This document shows positions 19,078 through 30,167 of a stretch of DNA of 62,000 nucleotides, piece after piece (within the stretch, counting starts at the first letter, position 1; every line of letters starts with the position of its first letter). Both the position numbers and the translations under genes were made by a program. Source of the stretch: Hyalangium minutum (lineage in GTDB: Bacteria; Myxococcota; Myxococcia; Myxococcales; Myxococcaceae). The notes under the pieces are model-generated. The model saw only the letters and a program-made list of their open reading frames with translations, made no database searches and was not told the DNA's origin. The stretch is taken from positions 82,001 through 144,000 of the forward strand of contig NZ_JMCB01000008.1 in NCBI RefSeq assembly GCF_000737315.1. Direction: 5' to 3'.

Positions 19078-19902
19078 TCACTCCGCTCGGCCGAGCAGGA
19101 AGGACAGCGCCAGCAACGTGAGCACCACCGACGTCACCCAGACAAACGCGCGGTCCCGCTGCTGCCGGAAGATGAGGAGCGACAGCGCCACCCGCGCCAC
19201 GGGGATCGCCATCATCACGAGCAAGATGTCCCCTCTCGCGAAGTAGACGCCTGCGCTGGCCGCCGCCGTTACCCCGATCATGAAGTTGCTGGTGGCCGTG
19301 GACACCTTCAGGGGCAGCCGCATGGCCAGGTCCATGGCTGGCACCTTCAGCGCGCCCGAGCCGATGCCCAGCAGCCCACTCACCGTCCCCGCCGCGTACA
19401 TGAGCGCCAGCCCGGTGAGCGGCCGGGTGACGCGGTTGTCCACCTCGCGGCCGGTGGCCTCGTCGAAGTAGCTGCTGTGCAGCGCCAGCCGGTCCGCCAG
19501 CGCATCCGGTGGCACCGGAGCATCCGCTCGCGCCCCCAGCTTGCGCAGCATCGCCAAGGCCGAGTACCCCATCACCAAGCCGAAGACGAGGTACAGCCCA
19601 CGCCCACCCACCACGCCCGCGAGGAAGGCTCCCGTGAGCGCCCCCGCTGTGGTCGCCATCTCCAGGAACATGGCCACGCGCAGGTTCGCCAGCCGGTCCC
19701 TCACATAAGCCGCGGCGGCCCCACTGGAGGTGGCGATGACGGACACGATGGAGGCCCCCACCGCATAGCGGATGTCCACCTTGAGCAGCAGCGTGAGGAC
19801 GGGAACCAGGATGAGCCCACCCCCCAGCCCCAGCAGCGAGCCCAGCAGCCCCGCGGTGACGGAGATGGCGAACACCACGGTGACGAAGAGAAAGGGAGTC
19901 AT
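19078..19902 (-). CDS. TauE/SafE (TSUP) transporter fused in frame to a DUF1634-like C-terminus (probable deletion fusion)
   Basis: GSLLGLGGGLILVP, SGLLGIGSGALKVP and TSNFMIGVTAAASA, then an abrupt switch after GDI (~19225) to IPVARVALSL..F.QQRDR.FVWVT. Confidence 0.75.
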   Translation of the reverse strand: MTPFLFVTVVFAISVTAGLLGSLLGLGGGLILVPVLTLLLKVDIRYAVGASIVSVIATSSGAAAAYVRDRLANLRVAMFLEMATTAGALTGAFLAGVVGGRGLYLVFGLVMGYSALAMLRKLGARADAPVPPDALADRLALHSSYFDEATGREVDNRVTRPLTGLALMYAAGTVSGLLGIGSGALKVPAMDLAMRLPLKVSTATSNFMIGVTAAASAGVYFARGDILLVMMAIPVARVALSLLIFRQQRDRAFVWVTSVVLTLLALSFLLGRAE

Positions 19903-20104
19903 CGCGCCAGGAGAAGGCGCCCTCACCTTCCCTCTTCCGCTCCCCGTCGACAACCCGCGGCGCGAGTCTGAGTCATGGAAGGTATGTGCCCGCCTGCTCG
20001 GAAACGGGGGTGGAGCCACTGTGGGGCAAGAATGCGTCCGGTGGTCATCAGGGCAGAGCGGACGATGCCCGCCTCCCTCGGGGTGCCCAGGTTGTGGCTG
20101 GACC

Positions 20105-22669
20105 ATGCGCCTTCCCCTCCCTCGCTCCCGTCTCCCAGAGCCTCTGGACAGCACTCGCGGTCTGAGCGAGGCCGAAGTGGCCGCGCGCCGACAGCGCTAT
20201 GGGCGCAACAACATCCTCGAGGCGCCTTCCTACACCTGGGCCGAGCTGTGCCGGAACACCGTGAGCGATCCCATGCTCTGGTTCCTGGTGTGCACCAGCG
20301 TGCTCTACCTCGTCCTGGGACAGCCAGTGGAGGGCTGGACGCTGCTGGCCGCGATCGTGCCGCTGGCGGGGATGGACGCCTGGCTCCACCACCGGACGCG
20401 CGCCTCGATGGAGGGCTTGAGCCACCAGTTGGCCGAACACGCCGTCGTCCTGCGAGAAGGCACGCTGCAGCGGGTGGAGGCCACGGATGTGGTGGTGGGG
20501 GATCTGGTGGAGGTGGCCGCGGGAGAGCCCTTCCCCGCCGACGGACTGGTGGTGGCGGGCGAGGGCCTCCAGACGGAGGAGTCGTCGCTGACGGGCGAGT
20601 CTCAGCCCGTGCGCAAGCGGCCCCTCCGCGGCGAGCTCCCACCGGGTAACGATCCCCTGGTGGAGTGGACGCACTGGGGACTGGCGGGGACACGGCTGCT
20701 CACCGGACGCGCGGTTCTCCGGGCCGTCTTCACGGGCGAGGAGACGCTCTATGGGCGGATCACCCGGACGGCCACGCGCCACCAGCGGGCCCGAACGCCC
20801 CTGCAGGCCGCCGTTCAGGGGTTGGTGGCCATCCTCCTGGCCGCCGCGGCGTCCTTCTGCGGTGTCCTCGCCTTCGTGCGCTGGCGCCAGGGCTACGGCT
20901 GGCTGGATGCGATGGTGAGCGCGGCCACGTTGGCGGTGGCGGCACTCCCGGAGGAGTTCCCCGTGGCCCTCACCTTCTTCCTGGGCTCGGGGGTGTACCG
21001 GCTCGCACGCCGCCGAGCCCTCGTGAAGCGGGCCGTGTCGGTGGAGAACATCGGCCGCGTCACCTGCATCTGCATGGACAAGACGGGCACCCTCACCGAG
21101 GGACAGCTCCGCGTCGCCAGCTGCCTGCCCATGGCTCAGGTGTCTCCCGCCCGGCTGCTGCATGCCGCGTCCCGGGCTTCGCGTCCGGAGAACGGCGATC
21201 CGCTGGATGGGGCGATCGCCGCCGCCGCCAGCGCCCAAGGGCCCACGGCGCCTCCCTCCGAGGTGCTGGCCCTCTTCCCCTTCACCGAGGAGCGGCGCCG
21301 GGAGACCGCCGTGGTGCGCGAGGACGATGGCCTCTGGGCCTTCACCAAGGGCTCGCCCGAGGTAGTGCTGGCGGCGTGTACGCTCTCGCCCGAGGAGCGC
21401 GCGGAGTGGAGGCACGAGGTGGAGGCGCAGGCGGCGCAGGGGCGGAAGGTGATCGCGTGCGCGGAGCAGCGGCTCGACGCCCACGGCTGGCTCGGCGGAG
21501 AGCCCTTGCGTGGCCTGCGCTTCCTGGGTCTGGTGGTCTGCGCGGATCCCGTCCGCCCAGGCGTGGCCGAGTCCATCGCCGCCTGCCACCGCGCGGGGAT
21601 TCACCTGGTGATGGTGACGGGAGATCACCCGGAGACGGCCCGCGCGGTGGCACGGGAGATCGGCCTGGGAGGTGAAGCTCCCAGCCTCCTGCTCGGAGAG
21701 GAGCTGGAGGCCCGGCTGAGCCAGACGGGCGGCGTTCTCCCTCGAAACCTGGACATCATCGCGAGGACGCTTCCTGCGCAGAAGCTGGAGCTGGTGCGTG
21801 CGCTGCAGGCCTCCGGAGAGGTGGTGGCGGTCACGGGCGATGGGGTGAACGATGTGCCCGCGCTCCAGGCCGCGGACGTGGGCATCGCGATGGGCGAGCG
21901 TGGCACGCGCAGCGCTCGCGAGGTGGCCTCCATCGTCCTGCTGGACGACAACCTCCACAGCATCGTTGGAGCCATTGCTGAAGGCCGGCAGCTCTTCCAC
22001 AACTTGCGCACGAGCTTCCAGTACCTGCTGCTCATCCACATCCCCCTGGTGGTGACGGCGGCCTTGATTCCGCTGGCGGGCTACCCGCTGCTGTACATGC
22101 CCATCCACGTCATCTGGCTCGAGCTCATCATCCACCCCACGGCCCTGCTGGCGTTCCAGGACGCGGCGAGTCCCGAGGCGCTGCGGCCCTCCGAGCGTCC
22201 TGTCCAGGTGCGCTTCTTCTCGCGCGGCGACTGGGCCGCCGTCTGCGTGTCCAGTGTCGTGCTGGTGGGCGTGATGGTGCTGGGCTACGAGTGGAGCTTG
22301 GGCGGCCATCGCAACGTGGAGCACGCCCGGGCCATGGCGATGGTGGCGCTCACCGTGGCGAGCGCTGGCTTCTGTGCGCTCCTCAGCGGCCTGCGGACCC
22401 GTCTGGCCAAGCTCATCTGCGCGGCCACGCTGGCCAGCGCCCTGGTGCTCGTCCAGGTGCCTGCCCTGGCGCGTCTGCTGCACCTCTCACCCCTGCACGT
22501 TATGGATTGGGGGTGGGCCATCGCGGGAGGAGCCATGGCGTGCCTACCGCTCCTGCCTCGACTCTTCCTCCCGTGGCAGCGCCCGAGGCCCACCCCTCAA
22601 GTGCCGCCAGGCACGCCCAGGCCCAGTCGCCGGTCAGGTTTCAAATGGCCGAGGCAAACGCACGGATGA
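20105..22669 (-). CDS. PLACEHOLDER_UNUSED
   Basis: Not a feature on this strand; the real P-type ATPase is on the plus strand (next entry). Minus-strand ORFs here are antisense shadows. Confidence 0.
20105..22669 (+). CDS. Cation-transporting P-type ATPase (type II-like, PEEFP variant)
   Basis: SLTGES, LPEEFP, DKTGTLT, VTGDHP and TGDGVND motifs. Confidence 0.93.
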   Translation: MRLPLPRSRLPEPLDSTRGLSEAEVAARRQRYGRNNILEAPSYTWAELCRNTVSDPMLWFLVCTSVLYLVLGQPVEGWTLLAAIVPLAGMDAWLHHRTRASMEGLSHQLAEHAVVLREGTLQRVEATDVVVGDLVEVAAGEPFPADGLVVAGEGLQTEESSLTGESQPVRKRPLRGELPPGNDPLVEWTHWGLAGTRLLTGRAVLRAVFTGEETLYGRITRTATRHQRARTPLQAAVQGLVAILLAAAASFCGVLAFVRWRQGYGWLDAMVSAATLAVAALPEEFPVALTFFLGSGVYRLARRRALVKRAVSVENIGRVTCICMDKTGTLTEGQLRVASCLPMAQVSPARLLHAASRASRPENGDPLDGAIAAAASAQGPTAPPSEVLALFPFTEERRRETAVVREDDGLWAFTKGSPEVVLAACTLSPEERAEWRHEVEAQAAQGRKVIACAEQRLDAHGWLGGEPLRGLRFLGLVVCADPVRPGVAESIAACHRAGIHLVMVTGDHPETARAVAREIGLGGEAPSLLLGEELEARLSQTGGVLPRNLDIIARTLPAQKLELVRALQASGEVVAVTGDGVNDVPALQAADVGIAMGERGTRSAREVASIVLLDDNLHSIVGAIAEGRQLFHNLRTSFQYLLLIHIPLVVTAALIPLAGYPLLYMPIHVIWLELIIHPTALLAFQDAASPEALRPSERPVQVRFFSRGDWAAVCVSSVVLVGVMVLGYEWSLGGHRNVEHARAMAMVALTVASAGFCALLSGLRTRLAKLICAATLASALVLVQVPALARLLHLSPLHVMDWGWAIAGGAMACLPLLPRLFLPWQRPRPTPQVPPGTPRPSRRSGFKWPRQTHG

Positions 22670-22829
22670 ACTGCTCCTCGCGCTCGCGAGGCATCCGGGG
22701 GGCCGCAGGGAGGGCGGCCTTGCCCCGTCCACCCCCTGTAGCCTTCAGCCCCAACACCGGAGCACTCGGGCGGCAGGACACTTGGTCCACCCACTCTCCC
22801 CTGGGCTCCCGAAGGCCCTACTCTTCTGT

Positions 22830-23104
22830 ATGTCACTCGAACGCTTTTGTCGGAAGCAGGTGGCCACCGCCCTGGCAACCGAGACGGTCCAGGCGGCAGC
22901 CGAGCGAATGACCCAGCAGCACGTCGGTGCCCTCGTCGTCGTGGAGGACTCGGGACAGCCGGTCGGCATCCTGACAGACCGCGACATCGTCTGCCGCGTC
23001 CTGAACGAGCGGCGAGATCCAGGCACCACCTCCATCCGCGAGGTGATGAGCGCCAACCCCGTGGTGGCCCGTGACACCGAACGGATCGACGAGGTGGTCT
23101 TCAC
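22830..23104 (+). pseudogene. CBS-domain protein, truncated within the second CBS domain
   Basis: [15 protein letters not shown]...[21 protein letters not shown]; runs into the antisense pdhA fragment at ~23104. Confidence 0.8.
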
Positions 23105-23395
23105 CACCTTCGCGAACATCTCCGCCATGATGGCCCGGGCGGGCACTCCGCGCGCCAGGGCGTGCCCGTGCTCGCGGTAGTGCGAGACGATGGCGTCCTC
23201 CGGCTGGAGCGCGCGCAAGGCGCCCACCGCGCAGGCCTCCTCACCGATATAGAGGTGAAGAAAGCCGCGAATCTTCCCCGCGCTGTAGGCCTGGGCGCTC
23301 GCCTCCTCGAAGCGGCGGATGAGCTGCATCTGCCGCAGCCAGCCGAGCGCCTCGTCCCGGGTGGGTGCCAGCGTGGGAGGGGGCTTCTCGCTCAT
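23105..23395 (-). pseudogene. pdhA: Pyruvate dehydrogenase E1 alpha, N-terminal ~97 codons only
   Basis: [45 protein letters not shown], then homology stops; start overlaps the acsA stop. Confidence 0.88.
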
Positions 23396-25146
23396 GGCGA
23401 GGCCTCCAGGGTGGAGGTATCCCCCTCGGGCAGACCCTGCTCGCGGGCCTTGAGCAGCCGGCGCATGATCTTCCCCGAGCGCGTGCGCGGCAGTGTGGGC
23501 AGGAACTCCAGCTCTTTGGGGGCGACCACCGCGCCCAGCCGCGTGCGCGCGTGGGCAAGCAGCTCCCGGCGCAGCGCCTCCCCGGGGGTGAAGCCCTCCT
23601 TGAGGGAGACGAAGGCCTTCACCACCTCGCCGATGGTGGGCTCGGGCCGGCCGATGACACCCGCCTCGGCCACGGCGGGGTGCTCGAGCAGCGCGCTCTC
23701 CACCTCGAACGGACCAATGAGGTGGCCCATCGACTTGATCACATCGTCGGCACGCCCCACGAACCAGAAGTAGCCGTCCGCGTCCTTCCGGGCGAGATCG
23801 CCGCTGAGGTACCAGCCGCTGGCGAAGCACTTGCGGTAGCGCTCCTCCTCGTGAAGGTAGCCGCGGAACATGGAGGGCCAGCCCGGACGCAGCGCGAGCT
23901 CCCCCTCGGTGTTGGGCGTGTCCACGGGCTCCACGCTCCCGTCGGGCCCACGCCGGACGATAGCGGCCTCCACCCCTGGCAGCGGCCGGCCCATGGAGCC
24001 CGGCTTGATGTTCATGGAGGCGTAGTTGGCCACCATGATTCCGCCCGTCTCCGTCTGCCACCAGTTGTCGTGGATGGGCAGCCCGAGCGCCTGCTGTCCC
24101 CAGAGGACTGCCTCCGGATTGAGGGGCTCTCCGACGCTGGCGATGAAGCGCAGGGTGCCGAGGTTGAAGCGGCGGGGCAGCGCCTCACCGGCCTTCATCA
24201 ACATCCGCACCGCTGTGGGCGCCGTGTACCAGACCGTGACGCGCTCGTCCTGGAGGATGCGGTACCAGCGCTCGGCGTCGAAGTCCGCCTCGTCCACCAC
24301 GCAGGTGAGGCCGTGCGTCAGCGGAGAGATGATGCCGTACGAGGTACCCGTCACCCAGCCAGGATCGGCGGTACACCAGAAGATGTCGTCCGGGTGGAAG
24401 TCCAGGACGAGCGTCCCAGTGACGTGGTGGGCGAGCACCGCGCGGTGGACATGAATGGCGCCCTTGGGAGTGCCGGTGGTGCCGCTGGTGAAGTGCAGCA
24501 GGGCCATGTCCTCGGGAGCAGTGGGGCCAATCGTGTAGGAGTCACGGGCACGCTCCAGGAGCGCCAGGAGCGCCTGGGTGCCCTCCCCCGCCTCTCCGTC
24601 CACGAGGAGCACGTGCCTCAGCTCCGGGAGCGAGCCGCGCAGCGGCGCCACCTTCTTGCGGTAGAGGGCCTCCGTCGTCACCAGCACGCGGGCGCCGCCG
24701 AGTTGGAGGCGGGCGCGGATGGGCTCGGGGCCAAAGGCAGAGAACAAGGGGCAGAAGACGGCCCGGTGCTTCAGTGTGCCGAGCGCGGTGATGTAGAGCT
24801 CGGGGATGCGCCCCAGCAGCGAGAAGACGCGCTCGCCGGGTGAGAGGCCCAAGCCCGCGAGCACGTGGGCGAAGCGGCTCGTCCAGGCCGAGAGCTCTGC
24901 ATAGGTGAGGAGCCTGCGCTCGCCATGGCGGCCCAGCCAGCGAAGCGCCTGCCGCCCTCCCCGTCCCTCCAGGATGTGCCGGTCCACAGCCTCGTGGGCG
25001 ATGTTGAGACCTCGTCCATCGGGGAGCCCGGCCAGCTCGCGCTCCGCGGCCTCCCAGGAAAAGGACGCACGCGCCGCCTCGTAGCTGGGCATGTTGGGTG
25101 CGCCGCGCCAGTCTGGGTGCAGCTTGCGGATCATCCGCTCGTCCAT
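23392..25146 (-). CDS. acsA: Acetate-CoA ligase (AcsA-type)
   Basis: [55 protein letters not shown] motifs. Confidence 0.93.
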   Translation of the reverse strand: MDERMIRKLHPDWRGAPNMPSYEAARASFSWEAAERELAGLPDGRGLNIAHEAVDRHILEGRGGRQALRWLGRHGERRLLTYAELSAWTSRFAHVLAGLGLSPGERVFSLLGRIPELYITALGTLKHRAVFCPLFSAFGPEPIRARLQLGGARVLVTTEALYRKKVAPLRGSLPELRHVLLVDGEAGEGTQALLALLERARDSYTIGPTAPEDMALLHFTSGTTGTPKGAIHVHRAVLAHHVTGTLVLDFHPDDIFWCTADPGWVTGTSYGIISPLTHGLTCVVDEADFDAERWYRILQDERVTVWYTAPTAVRMLMKAGEALPRRFNLGTLRFIASVGEPLNPEAVLWGQQALGLPIHDNWWQTETGGIMVANYASMNIKPGSMGRPLPGVEAAIVRRGPDGSVEPVDTPNTEGELALRPGWPSMFRGYLHEEERYRKCFASGWYLSGDLARKDADGYFWFVGRADDVIKSMGHLIGPFEVESALLEHPAVAEAGVIGRPEPTIGEVVKAFVSLKEGFTPGEALRRELLAHARTRLGAVVAPKELEFLPTLPRTRSGKIMRRLLKAREQGLPEGDTSTLEASP

Positions 25147-25309
25147 CGCTGGCCCCACCGTCCTCGCCGCTCCGGCGCAGGGAGCCCTGGCCGGGCGAGG
25201 AGAAGAAGTAGCCCACGCGTGTTGGCAGGTCATCCCGGACGCGGAGCCGGGGAGATCGTCCTTCAGCGGACGGCCCAGGGGCTCCGGCGCCCCACCGCCG
25301 GAACGGGGC

Positions 25310-26194
25310 TCACAGAGGCTCCAGCACCCGGCGGAGATGCATGAGCACCTGCTTGATCTTCGGAATCTCCGAGAGCGCCTCGGGCACGCTGATTCGGAGC
25401 GCGCGCTCACGCCCCACCACGGTGGGCAGCACGGGCACCAACAGATCTTCGGGAACGCCGGGATCGGGCAGGTCCGCGCTGGGGACCAGGCCGATCCCCA
25501 ACCCCGCGATGCAGCAGGAGCGGATGAAGTGGATGTCCGCCGTGATGAGCGCCGGCTCGACCCGGATCGACGGCCCGCGCAGCGTGGGCCAGGAGCGTGC
25601 ATCCCCTCCTGGCGCTTCCCAGGAGAAGAGCTCGTGGCCTTGCAGCTCCTCCAACGAGCGCGGCGTCCCATTCCGCTCCAGGTAGTCCCTGCTGGCGATC
25701 AGCCCCTCGCGCACCCGCAGCACCACCTGAGAGAGCCACGGCCCCCGCGGCGTGTCCTCGCCAAAGTGGACCGCTATGTCCACGTCGTCCAGCGGCTCGC
25801 CCAGGGGATCGGCACTGAAGCGGGCGTGGACGTGGAGCAACGGATAGGTGCTCCGGAACGCTCCGAAGAGCGGCGTGAGCAAGTGCGGCGGCAGCCCCAC
25901 GGGCATCACCACCCGGAGCGTGCCCGAGGGCTCATGGCCCACCTCACGGATGGAGGCCAGCAGCGCGCTCGTCTCCTGCATCATGATCCGCCCACGCTGG
26001 GCGAGCACCTCCCCGGCCTCGGTCAAGAGGATGCCCTGCCGCGTGCTCTTGAGGAGCGGCACGCCCGCGCGCGCCTCCAGGGCTTCGACCCGGCGGCGCA
26101 GGGTGGTGCGTGACACGCCCAGCGACTCAGCGGCCGCCAGAAAGGACCCCGTCTCCGCGACGTCGAGAAAGGCCCTCAGCTCTTCCAGATCCAT
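25310..26194 (-). CDS. LysR-family transcriptional regulator
   Basis: MDLEELRAF...[19 protein letters not shown], substrate-binding domain; divergent from the CHRD gene. Confidence 0.92.
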   Translation of the reverse strand: MDLEELRAFLDVAETGSFLAAAESLGVSRTTLRRRVEALEARAGVPLLKSTRQGILLTEAGEVLAQRGRIMMQETSALLASIREVGHEPSGTLRVVMPVGLPPHLLTPLFGAFRSTYPLLHVHARFSADPLGEPLDDVDIAVHFGEDTPRGPWLSQVVLRVREGLIASRDYLERNGTPRSLEELQGHELFSWEAPGGDARSWPTLRGPSIRVEPALITADIHFIRSCCIAGLGIGLVPSADLPDPGVPEDLLVPVLPTVVGRERALRISVPEALSEIPKIKQVLMHLRRVLEPL

Positions 26195-26334
26195 GCGCTT
26201 GCCTCGCTGCCAGGAATGAAGTGCCACGCCCGCACTGCACAGAGTTTGGACACCGCATGTCCGTCTTCGGCCATCCCTCGTGCGCCGCCGCGAGTACGAA
26301 GAGAGCGTCCAACTTCCCACAGGTGGAATGCCCC

Positions 26335-26973
26335 ATGCGCACCCCCGTCCTCCTCGCCCTCCCCCTCGCTCTGTTCACGCTGCCCGCCCTGGCCAAGGAT
26401 CCGGCCCTCGGCGCGACCACCTACACGGTCTACGAAGCCTACATGAGCCCCGCCCAGGAGCCGGGCGAGGAGTCGGAGACGCCGAAGGCACTGGAGAAGA
26501 GCCTCGGGGCCACCGCCCCCTCGACGCCGCGCGAGAACCGCAAGTCTCGCGGCTATGGGCAGATCCGGTTCGCCAAGGACCTGAGCAAGGCCTATGTGGA
26601 CGTCGAGATCCAAGGGGTCAACGCGGCGGACATCCTCATGTTCCACATCCACTGCGGCCCTCCGGGAGTCCTGGGCCCCATCATCGTGGATTTTGGCGAG
26701 TCCGAGAGCCCCGCGAAGAAGCTGGCCAACGGCAAGATGACCCTGGAGCTCACCAACAAGAATGTCCTCTTCGTCAAGGACATGCCCAAGAGCCTGAAGC
26801 CCTCGCTGCCCGAGAGCTGCCCGGCGGAGCTAGGCTTCCTGGCCCAGACCAAGACGATCGCGGGGCTCGAGTACCTGGCGCGCAAGGGCGTGCTCTACTT
26901 CAACCTCCACACCAAGGCTCACACGTACTACGGGGAGATGCGCGGCCAGCTCTACCCAGCCAAGGAGGAGTAG
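26335..26973 (+). CDS. Secreted CHRD-domain protein
   Basis: Signal peptide; MFHIHCGPPGVLGPIIV and LYFNLHT...GEMRGQL CHRD motifs. Confidence 0.82.
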   Translation: MRTPVLLALPLALFTLPALAKDPALGATTYTVYEAYMSPAQEPGEESETPKALEKSLGATAPSTPRENRKSRGYGQIRFAKDLSKAYVDVEIQGVNAADILMFHIHCGPPGVLGPIIVDFGESESPAKKLANGKMTLELTNKNVLFVKDMPKSLKPSLPESCPAELGFLAQTKTIAGLEYLARKGVLYFNLHTKAHTYYGEMRGQLYPAKEE

Positions 26974-26985
26974 CCCCAGGCGCGA

Positions 26986-27052
26986 AGTACGAGCCCTGGA
27001 CTGAAACTGAACGGGCCCCCGATCGACTCGTTGAGACTCGTAAGTTTGCCCT
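26986..27052 (+). promoter_or_regulatory. Conserved bipartite upstream motif of hydrogenase copy 1
   Basis: AGTACGAGCC(26986) and TTGAGACTCGTAAGTT(27031), 45 nt apart; the same pair at the same spacing occurs at 43966/44011. Confidence 0.55.
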
Positions 27053-27130
27053 CGGGATGGCTTGAGGGCTCCAGCGCCCCAGCCCAAGGTCTGCCCCCTG
27101 TCGCGGGACTGTGCTCGCGCTGGAGGTGCC

Positions 27131-28282
27131 ATGCCTGAGGTCGCCGCATCCGCTCCGGAGAAGGGACATGCCCGGCTCTCCCTGGAGCAATTCGAGGCGC
27201 TGCTGATGGCGCTGCGGAACGAGGGATGGCAGCTCGTCGGGCCCACCGTGCGAGATGAAGCCCTCGTCCACGAGGGAATCTCCGGCGTGAAGGACCTGCC
27301 CCGCGGGTGGACGGAGGTTCAAGAGGCCGGGAGGTACAGGCTGGCGCGGCGCGAGGATGAGGCGCTCTTCGGCTACTCGGTGGGGCCCAAGTCCTGGAAG
27401 CACCTGCTGTTCGTCCCGCGGCTGCGCCTGATGAGCGCACATCGCCAGGAGGAGGGCTTCCGCGTCGAGAGCGAGCCCTCAGCGCCGCCCCGGCTGGCCC
27501 TCATTGGAGCCCGCTCCTGTGATCTGCACGCCATCGCCGTACAGGACCGGACCTTCCTGGAGGGCCCTTATCGGGATCCGGACTATGCGGCCCGGCGTGA
27601 GCGGCTCTTCGTCGTGGCCGTCAATTGTGGGCAGGCGGGAGGCACCTGCTTCTGCGTGTCCATGCGGACCGGCCCCCGCGTCACCTTCGGGTTCGACATC
27701 GCCCTCACCGAGCTGCTTGAGGGCGAGCACCGCTTCTTGGCGGAGGCGGGCAGCGAGCGGGGAGCGGCGCTGTTGGCGCGGCTGGGAGCTGGAGCGGCCT
27801 CGGAGGAGGACCTCCGGACGGCGGACGCGGTGGTGGAGCGAACCGCCCAGCGCATGGGCCGCACGATGGACACCACGGACATCAAGGGACTGCTCTACCG
27901 CAACCTGGAGCACCCGCGCTGGGACGACGTGGCGCAGCGCTGCCTGGCCTGCACCAACTGCACGCTGGTGTGCCCCACCTGCTTCTGCTCCACGGTGGAG
28001 GACACCTCGGACCTGCGAGGCGAGGTGGCCGAGCGGTGGCGCCGCTGGGACTCGTGCTTCACCCTGGAGCACTCCCATCTGCACGGGGGCAACGTCCGCC
28101 AGAGCATCCGGAGCCGCTACCGGCAGTGGCACACGCACAAGCTGGCGAGCTGGTGGGATCAGTTCGGCACCTCTGGGTGTATCGGCTGCGGGCGCTGCAT
28201 CACCTGGTGTCCCGTGGGCATCGACATCACCGAAGAGGTGGCCGCCATCCGCGCCGCCGATGGAGCCCGGAGCAGCGCCTGA
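27131..28282 (+). CDS. hyhB: Group 3b [NiFe]-hydrogenase beta subunit (4Fe-4S dicluster, AsrA-like)
   Basis: RSCDL, VNCG...[22 protein letters not shown] and [16 protein letters not shown] motifs. Confidence 0.9.
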   Translation: MPEVAASAPEKGHARLSLEQFEALLMALRNEGWQLVGPTVRDEALVHEGISGVKDLPRGWTEVQEAGRYRLARREDEALFGYSVGPKSWKHLLFVPRLRLMSAHRQEEGFRVESEPSAPPRLALIGARSCDLHAIAVQDRTFLEGPYRDPDYAARRERLFVVAVNCGQAGGTCFCVSMRTGPRVTFGFDIALTELLEGEHRFLAEAGSERGAALLARLGAGAASEEDLRTADAVVERTAQRMGRTMDTTDIKGLLYRNLEHPRWDDVAQRCLACTNCTLVCPTCFCSTVEDTSDLRGEVAERWRRWDSCFTLEHSHLHGGNVRQSIRSRYRQWHTHKLASWWDQFGTSGCIGCGRCITWCPVGIDITEEVAAIRAADGARSSA

Positions 28283-28291
28283 GAGGAGCCC

Positions 28292-28396
28292 ATGACTTCG
28301 CCCCTTCCTCCTCTCGAGCAGCATCCCTTCCTGCGCGGGCTCTCTCCCGGACAACGCCAACGCCCCAGCGTTCCGGGAGGAGAGCCAGCGCCATGA
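28292..28396 (+). pseudogene. Deletion scar: start of the cNMP-binding gene joined to the last ~16 codons of the small subunit
   Basis: [19 protein letters not shown] matches the 44178 gene start; alternative frame [16 protein letters not shown] matches the 46274 gene end; junction CAAC at 28352-28355. Confidence 0.9.
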
Positions 28397-29688
28397 CGAA
28401 TAAGACGCGCACCCTCCAGGTGGACTACCTCACGCGCGTGGAGGGAGAGGCCTCGCTCATCTTGCGCCTGGAGGGCGATAAGGCCACGGACGTGCGCCTG
28501 GCCATCTTCGAGCCTCCGCGCTTCTTCGAGGCGCTGCTGCGTGGGCGCTCGTACCTGGAGGCACCGGACATCACCTCGCGGATCTGCGGCATCTGCCCGG
28601 CGGCGTACCTGTTGAGCGCCTGCCACGCGGTGGAGGCCGCGCTGGGCGTGCACGTGGACGGGCCGCTCCGGGATCTGCGGCGGCTGCTGTACTGCGGCGA
28701 GTGGATCGAGAGCCATGCCCTCCACGTCTTCCTGCTGCACGCGCCCGACTTCCTGGGCTACCCGGACGCCCTCTCCATGGCGAAGGAGCACGGCGAGTGG
28801 GTGCAGCGAGGCCTGCGCATCAAGAAGGCGGGGAACACGCTCATGTCCATCCTGGGGGGCCGGTCCATCCACCCCATCAACGTGCGCGTGGGCGGCTTCT
28901 ACCGTGTGCCTCGGCGGGCTGAATTGGAGGCCCACCTGCCGGAGCTGCGCCGGGGACGTGACGCCACGATGGAGGCGTTGGAATGGATGGCCCGCTTCCC
29001 CTTCCCCGCATTCGAGCGCCCCTACGAGTTCGTCTCCCTGAGCCACCCCCATGAGTATCCACTGCTGGGAGAGCGGCTCGTCTCCTCCGAGGGGCTGGAC
29101 ATCCCTGTGGGCGAGTGGGACGCGCATTTCGTGGAGGAGCAGGTGCCGTACTCGAGCGCGCTGCACGCCCGGCGCGTGGGGAGGGGCGCGTACCTGTGTG
29201 GCCCGCTGGCCCGCTTCAACCTCCACTTCGACCAGTTGGCGCCCGAGGTGCAGGAAGCGGCTCACTGGGTAGGACTGTCCGTGCCGTGCCGGAACCCCTT
29301 CCGCACGCTGCTCGTGCGGCTGGTGGAGGTGCTCCAGTCCTTCACCACAGCCATTCATCTCATCGAGGACTACGAGGAACCCCCCGCGCCTCACGTGGAC
29401 ACTCCGCCCCGGGCGGGCACGGGTGTGGGTGCCACGGAGGCGCCTCGCGGGCTGCTCTACCACCGCTACACCCTGGACTCGGAGGGCACCATCCAGGAGG
29501 CCCGGATCGTCCCACCGACGTCGCAGAACCAGCTGTCCATCGAGGAAGACCTGCGCACGCTCGCGCCGGAGCTGGCCACTCGGCCCCTCGGGGATGCGAC
29601 CCTGCTGGCCGAGCGGGCCATCCGCAACCACGATCCGTGCATCTCGTGTGCGACCCACTTCCTCACTCTGAAACGGGAGCAGATATGA
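28393..29688 (+). CDS. hyhL: Group 3b [NiFe]-hydrogenase large (alpha) subunit
   Basis: TRVEG, L1 [23 protein letters not shown] and L2 DPCISCATH motifs with a short C-terminal extension. Confidence 0.95.
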   Translation: MTNKTRTLQVDYLTRVEGEASLILRLEGDKATDVRLAIFEPPRFFEALLRGRSYLEAPDITSRICGICPAAYLLSACHAVEAALGVHVDGPLRDLRRLLYCGEWIESHALHVFLLHAPDFLGYPDALSMAKEHGEWVQRGLRIKKAGNTLMSILGGRSIHPINVRVGGFYRVPRRAELEAHLPELRRGRDATMEALEWMARFPFPAFERPYEFVSLSHPHEYPLLGERLVSSEGLDIPVGEWDAHFVEEQVPYSSALHARRVGRGAYLCGPLARFNLHFDQLAPEVQEAAHWVGLSVPCRNPFRTLLVRLVEVLQSFTTAIHLIEDYEEPPAPHVDTPPRAGTGVGATEAPRGLLYHRYTLDSEGTIQEARIVPPTSQNQLSIEEDLRTLAPELATRPLGDATLLAERAIRNHDPCISCATHFLTLKREQI

Positions 29689-30167
29689 GCGAGAAAGCAC
29701 GCGTCATCGGCCTTGGGCAGGCGGCCGCCGGCGATGATCAGGTGGGACTGGCCGTCATCGAACGCCTGCGAATGCAGGGAGCTCCGGAGGGCGTGGAGTT
29801 GTTGGTGGCCGCCGAGCCGAGCGCACTCCTTCCGCTGCTGGAGACACCGGTCCCGGTCGTGCTCGTGGATGCGGTGCTGGCGGCACCGTCGGGCGAGGTG
29901 TGGGTCCTGGAGCCCGCGGAGCTGGAGCTGCGGGGACTCTCCACGATGTCGACCCACGGGCTTGGGGTGGCGCAGGCGGTGGCACTGGCCCAGCAGCTGT
30001 CTCCCGGAGCGGTGTCCCCTTCCATCCACCTCGTCGCCGTCAGCATCTCGCGGCCGGCGCGCTTCCAGCAGGGACTCTCTCCCGAGGTGGCCGCCGCTGT
30101 TCCTCGCGCGGCGGAGCACATCCTGCGAACCCTTCCCCTCTTGGAACAGGAGCAACGCCATGCATGA
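29685..30167 (+). CDS. Hydrogenase maturation protease
   Basis: VIGLG...GDDQVG, VLVDAV, STHGLGV motifs. Confidence 0.88.
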   Translation: MSEKARVIGLGQAAAGDDQVGLAVIERLRMQGAPEGVELLVAAEPSALLPLLETPVPVVLVDAVLAAPSGEVWVLEPAELELRGLSTMSTHGLGVAQAVALAQQLSPGAVSPSIHLVAVSISRPARFQQGLSPEVAAAVPRAAEHILRTLPLLEQEQRHA

